The notes beneath the pieces were generated by a model. The model was given only the letters and a program-made list of their open reading frames with translations, was not told the DNA's origin and searched no databases. The position numbers and the translations under genes were made by a program. From Dictyostelium discoideum (lineage: Eukaryota), in NCBI GenBank assembly GCA_000004695.1, contig CM000151.3:4704001-4768000 (forward strand): DNA of 64,000 bases, given 5' to 3'. This document shows, piece after piece, positions 56,642-64,000 of the stretch. How positions within the stretch are numbered: position 1 is the first letter of the stretch; each line of letters opens with the position of its first letter.

Positions 56642-58141
56642 TTATCTAAAATATGGAATATAGGATTTAATGATTGAAATACCCCAATGAATTATAGAAC
56701 CAATTGAATAATAAGGATGTAATAGTCTAAAGAATAAATTTACAGTATGTCTTGAGAATTTACCATCAGGGAATAATCTATCCAATACTTCTCTACTTTT
56801 AGTACGAACACTTCTTGGTACATAAGCAGGATATCCAGGTTTAGTTAAAGAGTATAAACAAGATTGTAACTTTACTCTAGTTGTAGGATTTAAATTCCAA
56901 CCTTCACCAAATACTAAACATTTTTCAATATATCTAATTAAAGTTTCCTCTCTCTTTATTAATGAAACATGTTTAATTATACCTCGTACAAATAAATCAT
57001 CAGGTGATAATATTAAATTTGTACCACCACCACCACCACTACCACCACTGTTATTATTGTTATTATTATTAGTATTATTAAATAGTTTCTTTTGACTTAT
57101 ATCTAAAATAAAATCTTGATATTGTTTATTAATTATTGATCTAAATTCATTGATTTGATCATTAGTTCTTTCATAATAAAAATAGAATACAGATACTATA
57201 TGATAAAAGTCAATCCAAATTCTACGATTTCTTAAAAGATTTGATCTTTGAATGTCAGGATCACCAGCTTGATTGGATTTGATTGATGCTTCATTTAAAC
57301 CATTCCAAAGAGAACAATCCAATAGTTTTTGTTTAATAGTTTGATAAACATGATAATACTTTCTAGTATAATGATCACAATCATACCAAAACAATCGATT
57401 CGATGCTTTTATCAATACATTCAATTGACTAATTAATGATAATCTATACTCTAACAACCATGAATAAAACATTGATGAATAAATTAAATAAAACCATTGA
57501 TTATTCGTCCATAATGAATATAATAATGGTCTAAATGGTTCAACCTTATCTGGATTATTTATAAAATATTGTGATATTAATTGGTAATAATAAATTTCAC
57601 CACTACCTGATGATGATGATGTTAATGTTGGTGATGATGAAGATGAAGAATTTACTCCTGATATTGATTGGGATGATGATGAATGACGTAAATTTGATGA
57701 TGATGATGACGCTGATGATGATGTTGTTATTTTTGTCGCTGATTTTGAAGGTGAAGTATCAACATGGTGAGTTGGTGATAAAATTGGGGATTTTTGTTTA
57801 AAAGATCTTTTTGAAAATTGATCTAAACATGGATATGGATAAAATATTGTTGAATGTTGATTTGAATTTACTTTTTCAATATCTTTTTCATCAAATGTTG
57901 TTAGATATTCAAATACTGGTTCATCAAGTTCCAAACTAATATCTTTGAAAATCTCTTCAATGATTCTATCTTTTTGAGAGGTTGATAAATCATCAGATGC
58001 TGCTTTCTTTAATGTATTCAATACTTTTTGTATAATTTTACCAATAAATAAATTCCTTTTCTCTGATAAACTCTTTTGAAATGCATTTATATTATCATTT
58101 ATTGGTAAACTATTTGATGATGTTGATATTGATATTGAAGG

Positions 58142-58220
<79 letters not shown>

Positions 58221-59155
58221 GGTGGTGGTGATGTGGTTGTTGTATTTACATTATTATTATTATCATCAACATTACTACCACTATTAGAATTTAAGGAAGA
58301 TGAGGAAGCTGATAAATTTGATACATTTAAACTTGCCTCAACTACATCAGCTATATCTTCACCAACATCTTTACTACTGCTACTTCCAACTAAATCCCTT
58401 TTTGAGATATCACGTGGTAATATAGATGGTGTTGATGGACCAATACTACCCTGTATATTATTTAAATTTGTATTTATAAAAGCTGCTGAAGATAATGTAA
58501 TTGGTGTTGTATTTGTTGTTGTTGTTTTTGTTGAAATGGTTGTGGGAGTATCATCTCTTTCATCATCACCCTCTTCGAAATGTCTACTATTATTATTTTT
58601 ATTATTATCGTCATCATTATCGTCATCGCCGTCGTCGTCGTTGCAATTATTATTAATATTTTTATTTTTAAAAATTTCACTACTACTATTTATCTCTTCA
58701 ATATTATTTCCAAATAATTGTTCTTTATTTACATAATCATCATTATCATTATCTAAATCAGTTGGAAAAGTTGGAAATATTGAATGAGGTGGATATATTT
58801 TATTATTTTTATTATTTATTTTATCTTGATTTCTTAATTCTTCTTTAACTTTTTTTAAGATTTTACTTGTTTCTGTGTCACTATCTGTTGTATATGTGTC
58901 ACTAATATTACTACTATTATTGTTTTGGTGTTCATGACTACCACTATTATTATCATTATTATTATTATTATTATTACTTTCATTTATTAAGAATTGAACT
59001 ACTTTATGAGGTGGTGGACCTGGTGTTATATGATCATAATCGTTATATTCTTCTATTGTTGGAATATCTTCCTTATTGTTATTGTTATTATTATTATTAT
59101 TGTGGTTATCATTCATGATTTCATTATTATCTTTATTTTTATTATTAATACCCAT
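56642..59155 (-). CDS. Hypothetical protein, 837 aa, with poly-Asn, polyQ (34 Q) and Ser-rich tracts and a conserved-looking C-terminal half.
   Basis: ATG at 59155 (MGINNKNKDNNEIMNDN...). (CAA)n on the coding strand at ~58130..58230. The C-terminal ~350 aa is low in repeats (…WFYLIYSSMFYSWLLEYRL…LFWYDCDHYTRKYYHVYQ…) and looks like a structured domain. No motif I can name. Confidence 0.55.
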
Positions 59156-59950
59156 TTTATTAAACTACGTAATTTAATGAATATATTAATATTATTATAA
59201 GTGTGTGTATATATGAGTAAAAAAAAAAAATAAAAAAAAAATAAAATAAAATAAAATAAAAAAAATAAAAAAAAATTAAAAAAATAAAAAATAAAAAATT
59301 GTGTAAATTAATGTGAATGCACTAAATTAATTAAATTGTGCAAATATTGGAAGAGGCATGATGAAAATAAAATTTTTAAAAAAAAAAAAACAATATTAGT
59401 TTTTTTATTTTTTTTTATTTTTTTTATTTTCTTATTTTTTTTTTATTTTTTTTATTGTTTTTTTTAATTTTCCTACTAAAGGAAATTTTAAATCTTATTG
59501 TCATTTTTAAAAAAAAAATAAAAAATAATATAATAAACAATTTTTTAAAATTCATTTGTTTTTTTGAAAAAATAAAAATCATTTTTTTTTAATTTTTTTT
59601 TATTAATTTTTTGTTTATTTATTAAATAAACAAAAAAAAATAAGTTTAAACAAATAATCTAAATTATTTCTGTTTTTTTTTTTCAAACATTTTAAAAAAA
59701 AAAAAAAAAAAATAATGAGTCATTAAAAATAATGAGTGGTTAATGCAAAATACATACGATCTGACATTGCAACTTTCAATTTCTAAAAATATCCTACCAC
59801 GCCAATTTTAAATTTTTTTTTTTTTTTTTTTATTATTTATTTTTTTTTTATTTTTTTTTTTTTTTTTTTAATTCACCATTTTTTTATATTTTTATAATTT
59901 TTTTTTTTTTTTTTATTTTAGAAAATTAAATACAATTTAATAATAAAACC

Positions 59951-61899
59951 ATGGCTAGAACTAATAATGAAAATAATAATAATAACAATGAAGAATCAGA
60001 ATCAGGGTCATCAACACCACCAAATATTGAATTAGATCAAGCACCAATTGTAAATTGGAAAATAATTGCAACTGCCAACACTCCAACCCCAAGATTTGGT
60101 AAGTTGTTTTTTTTAAAATTTTTTATTTATTTTAAAACACTTGATTTTAAAAAATTAAATATTTAATTTATTAATCTCTCTCCCCCCCTGTCTCTATTTT
60201 ATTAGATAATACATTAGTATATTATAATAAATTTTTATATAGTTATGGTGGATCAGAGAATTCAATTAATGGTGGATTTCAACAATTTGTAAAATTAGAT
60301 TTATCAACATTCCAATGGCAAACATTACCAGCACCAGCAAGAACTAGAATTGTACATACATCAGTGATTCATGGTGATTGTATGTACGTATTTGGTGGAG
60401 GTGTTTATGAAGATGTTAGAACTTCATTCCTTGGTGGTACAACTAAAGTATTTAAAACAATTAATGAACTTTGGAAATTTGAATTCCTTCAAAATCAGTG
60501 GACTCAAATTCTATCGAATGCAATCCAACAAACCACTGTACCATCACAATCAATGATAAATGAATCATTGAATAACCCAGAGCCAAGAGATGGTCATTGT
60601 GCAGTTGTAGTCGGTGATAATATGTATATCATTGGTGGTAGTCAAACTATTTCAACCAATAATTCAATTAGTTCAGTATTCTTTACAAATACTAAAATTT
60701 ACAATATTACCACCAATACATGGAGATCTGTAATCTCACCAGAATTTGGTAGATTAGGTTCTGCTGTCGTTTACAAGCATTTAGATGGTACAAAATGTAT
60801 TTACTTTTTCGGTGGTTATGGTTTAGACAGTAATCCAACAAATAAACTCTATAAATTCGATATAGAATCTGAAGAATGGGTAGAAGTTATACCAAAGAAA
60901 TCAACTTCACCATCGACATCAACATCGACATCAACAGTAGATGATATTGTAATAATACCAGAATCAAGATATGGTCATAGTGCAAATGTATTTCAAGATA
61001 AAATGTTAGTTTATGGTGGATATTCTAAAAAGAAGGGATTCCTTAGAGATTTTTATTCATTTGATTTCGATAAAGAAGAATGGAAACAAATTTTAACTGA
61101 AGGACCACCAAGAAGAAGAAGACATAGTACAGTTTTAATTGAAAATTTCGATGGTTCAAATAAACCAAAATTATTCTTATATGGTGGTTCATATCAATCA
61201 TGTCTATATAATGATCTTTGGGAATACTCTTTCCCAAATCCAGTTCAAATTCCATCGGATAATTTAATTGAAGATTTTTCAACATTATTTAAAAATGCAA
61301 AACAATATTTTAGTGATATTTGTTTTTCATTAGAATCAACTGAATTAGTTGGAGATGAAAATGATAATAATAATAATTCAAATAATAATTCAAAACCTAC
61401 AATTGTAACAAAAGAAATTTATGCACATAAAAATATTTTATCAGTTAGAAGTCAATATTTTTATTCATTATTTAATAGTGGGTTAAAAGAATCATTTGAA
61501 AAAGTTATTAAAATTAATGAAAGATATGAAGATTTTAAAATTTTTATTGAATTCCTTTATAGTGGAAATGAAGATTTAGTTTTATTAGAAAATTGTATTG
61601 GTATTTTATATTTATCAGATCTTTATTGTGTACCAAGATTAAAAACAATTTGTGAAGCAAAAGCAACTGAAGGTATTGATTGTGAAACTGTTGTTCAAAT
61701 CTTTAAAGAAGCTGATAGCTTTAAATTGGCAAAATTAAGAAAACTTTGTTTAAATTTCATTGCTCGTAATCATAAAGAATTAGTTAAACAAGGTTCATTA
61801 AATCAATTATCACCAAGTGTTTTAATTGAAATTATGGATTATTTATCAAGTTCATCAACATCAACATCAACATCAACATCAACATCAACAACCAATTAA
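59951..61899 (+). CDS. Kelch-repeat + C-terminal BTB/POZ protein (LZTR1-like domain order); exons 59951..60107 and 60218..61899 (~612 aa).
   Basis: Exon 1 (MARTNNENNNNNNEESESGSSTPPNIELDQAPIVNWKIIATANTPTPRF) ends at TTTG|GTAAGT in phase 1. The only in-phase acceptor, ACATTAG at 60217, gives ...V YYNKFLYSYGGSEN.... There are kelch motifs (CMYVFGGG, MYIIGGS, IYFFGGYG, LVYGGYS, LFLYGGS with the W/Y..V/I pattern). The BTB domain is KEIYAHKNILSVRSQYFYSLFNSGLKESFEKVIKINE...FKIFIEFLYSGNEDLVLLENCIGILYLSDLYCVPRLK. Confidence 0.8.
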
Positions 61900-62015
61900 T
61901 TAATATGTTAAAAAAATAAATAAAAATAAAAATAAAAAATAAATAAAAATTGTATTTATACTTTAGAAATAATAATAATAATAAAAATAATAGTTTATTT
62001 ATATATATATTTATT

Positions 62016-63731
62016 TTAAATTTCTGGTGAAAAGTTTTTAACCATATCCCAATAATGAGGTACATTATGTTCTTGTAAATATTTTCTTGCTTGTGATTCT
62101 AACGGTGAGATTTCATAGTTAAAACCTTTGAAATGAGCTTCAAGAATTGGACCAGTCCAAACAAGATGACAAGAATTTGGTGTACCTTCAGGTGGTTTTG
62201 GATAAAGGTCACTATTATTTTGATGTTTTGTTTGTTGTTCTGGATCACTTTGTTTAATTGGTGGTGGGTTATCCCAATCTATACGATTTAATAAGAGTTT
62301 TTTAAATTTCTTTTGAATTTTTAAACCACCCTCAAAAGCAATCAAGTTACAAGATGGATGAAAAATTATACAACCTGTTGCCAAATTCTCTTTTGAATTT
62401 CTACCAATGATTGAACGATAAAGTGGATGTGATAAATCCACAACTTTATAGAGTGAACAATATAGCTCTTGTTTAGCATCGATTAAGATTTTATCACGTT
62501 TTTTCTCTTTTCTTTGCTCTGGTGTTAACTTATTCTCTTGATTCTTTTTATCACGAGCTGCAGCTCTTTCTTCCATTTTCTTTGTTACCTCTAATAGAGC
62601 TTTGGTGGGATCTAATACAGCTTGAGTGCCAATTACTCTCATTAGATTACTAAGTTTAACTTTATTCTCTGGTGGTGCCTCCATACCATTCATAATTCTC
62701 TCTTGACGTTCTCTAGCTTCTTCAGCTCTTCTTTGCTTTCTCATTTTCTTCTTCTCCTTTGTTAATAATAAAAAGTCGGGTCTTATTGGTGGAGGTGTTG
62801 TATCTTTTAATTGAATCTTTGTTTTAATTTTAACTGGATGTTCAATGTATCCCCAATATTCTGAATTTATAATTTTATTTTTTAATTCTTGATTAAAGTT
62901 ATTATTATCATCATTAAGATAATTACAATTTAATATAATTTTATTTAATTCATTAATTTGATTTTCTTTTATGTTTTCATCTTCAGTATTATTTAAATTA
63001 TTTTGAATTTCATCTTTTAATATATCATTATCCCACCATTCAATTGAAGGTACTTCAGATATTGATATAATAGTTTCCATTGATTCTGTATTCTTTTTAG
63101 CATTTAATGAATTTAATTCAACTTGTTTTTTCATTTCCTCTGCTAATGCTTGTGATCTTAATTTATCTGCTTTTTTACTATATCTACCTGGTTGGATGAA
63201 TGTAAATGAATTTAATTTCTTTTTTTTATCATTTGAAACTTTAATACGTGGATCAAAAAACATTTCATTTTCTCCTGCTGCTTCTGTTGTTGTTGTTGTT
63301 GTTGTTTCTTCATCTTTATTATCCTTAGTTATAATAGTTGGTTGTTCAACTTTTGTTGCTATGGTTGGTGTTGGTATTGATGTTTGTGCAGTAGTAACAT
63401 TTTGATCTATACTAATAATATTATTTAATTCTTGTTTACTCTTTAAAATTTTTTCTCTTAATTCTCTCTTTTTTCTTTCAATTGCTGTTTCTTCTTTTGG
63501 TGGTTGAGCTGATGTGGATGTAGATGTAGATGTAGATGTTGATGTTGATGTTGATGCTGATGTACCATTATTATTATTATTATTATTGTTGTTGTTGTTG
63601 TTGTTGTTGTTGTTTTTGATAGTGGAAATACTATCAATATCATTTGACGATTTTAATTTTTTATCCTGTTGCTGAAGTTGCTCAGTGTCGTCTCCATCAT
63701 GAAACTTTCTTTTATTAGGTGTTGACGACAT
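62016..63731 (-). CDS. prpf3: U4/U6 small nuclear ribonucleoprotein Prp3 homologue, single exon, 571 aa.
   Basis: ATG at 63731..63729 (MSSTPNKRKFHDGDD). C-terminal PRP3/DUF1115 signatures are present: ELYCSLYKVVDLSHPLYRSIIGRNSKENLATGCIIFHPSCNLIAFEGGLKIQKKFKKLLLNRIDW (compare human ...[34 protein letters not shown]) and the GYIEHPVKIK...RPDFLLLTKEKKKMRKQRR block. Confidence 0.85.
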   Translation of the reverse strand: MSSTPNKRKFHDGDDTEQLQQQDKKLKSSNDIDSISTIKNNNNNNNNNNNNNNNNGTSASTSTSTSTSTSTSTSAQPPKEETAIERKKRELREKILKSKQELNNIISIDQNVTTAQTSIPTPTIATKVEQPTIITKDNKDEETTTTTTTEAAGENEMFFDPRIKVSNDKKKKLNSFTFIQPGRYSKKADKLRSQALAEEMKKQVELNSLNAKKNTESMETIISISEVPSIEWWDNDILKDEIQNNLNNTEDENIKENQINELNKIILNCNYLNDDNNNFNQELKNKIINSEYWGYIEHPVKIKTKIQLKDTTPPPIRPDFLLLTKEKKKMRKQRRAEEARERQERIMNGMEAPPENKVKLSNLMRVIGTQAVLDPTKALLEVTKKMEERAAARDKKNQENKLTPEQRKEKKRDKILIDAKQELYCSLYKVVDLSHPLYRSIIGRNSKENLATGCIIFHPSCNLIAFEGGLKIQKKFKKLLLNRIDWDNPPPIKQSDPEQQTKHQNNSDLYPKPPEGTPNSCHLVWTGPILEAHFKGFNYEISPLESQARKYLQEHNVPHYWDMVKNFSPEI

Positions 63732-63849
63732 TGATGTTGTTTGTATTTGTGGTTATTATTATTATTATTATTATATTATTGTTGTTGTTGTCGTTGGGAA
63801 AATATATTTTTATTTTTTTAATCGTTTAATTTATTTCATAAAATTTATG

Positions 63850-63892
<43 letters not shown>

Positions 63893-64000
63893 ATTGACAA
63901 AAAAAAAGATATTGACAAAAATAAAAATTTGTGGGATTTATAAAAAAAAAATTGAAAATGAAAATTAAAAATTATTAAGTTTGGGGAAATGTAAATAAAT

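Overview
This window is almost certainly Dictyostelium discoideum nuclear DNA, not prokaryotic. Seen in the sequence: about 78% A+T, long A/T homopolymers between genes, short introns of the GTAAGT...(T/C)AG type, coding poly-Asn/Gln/Glu tracts, and two copies of an actin whose 376 aa sequence I recognise from memory as the Act8-type Dictyostelium actin (not verified by search). The ORF track calls non-ATG (TTG/GTG/CTG) starts as M and only reports complete ORFs, so I re-derived gene models by hand, including splice sites. I can support about 19 protein-coding loci: the N-terminal 75% of Prp8 (running off the window), a possible LAMTOR3-like small protein, a Q/P-rich four-exon gene, an IPT/TIG type-I membrane protein (tgr-like), a head-to-head pair of near-identical actin genes flanking a GST gene, a third divergent actin, an F-box-like poly-Asn protein, a cytochrome P450, a 1442 aa protein with two FtsX-type permease domains, a 3763 aa colossin-like protein with about 16 SdrD-B/CnaB-type repeats, three low-complexity hypothetical proteins of which two share an N-terminal motif, a TCF25/Rqc1 homologue, a polyQ hypothetical, a Kelch+BTB protein (LZTR1-like architecture) and Prp3. 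I found no tRNA, rRNA, CRISPR array or intact transposon. I see no coherent undescribed multi-gene system (no operon, defence island or similar). The most interesting structures are the inverted actin duplication with partial homogenisation of a third copy, the two bacterial-type domain architectures (FtsX x2 and SdrD-B x16) in a eukaryote, a duplicated gene 3' end separated by a long palindrome, and several perfect hairpins in intergenic DNA.
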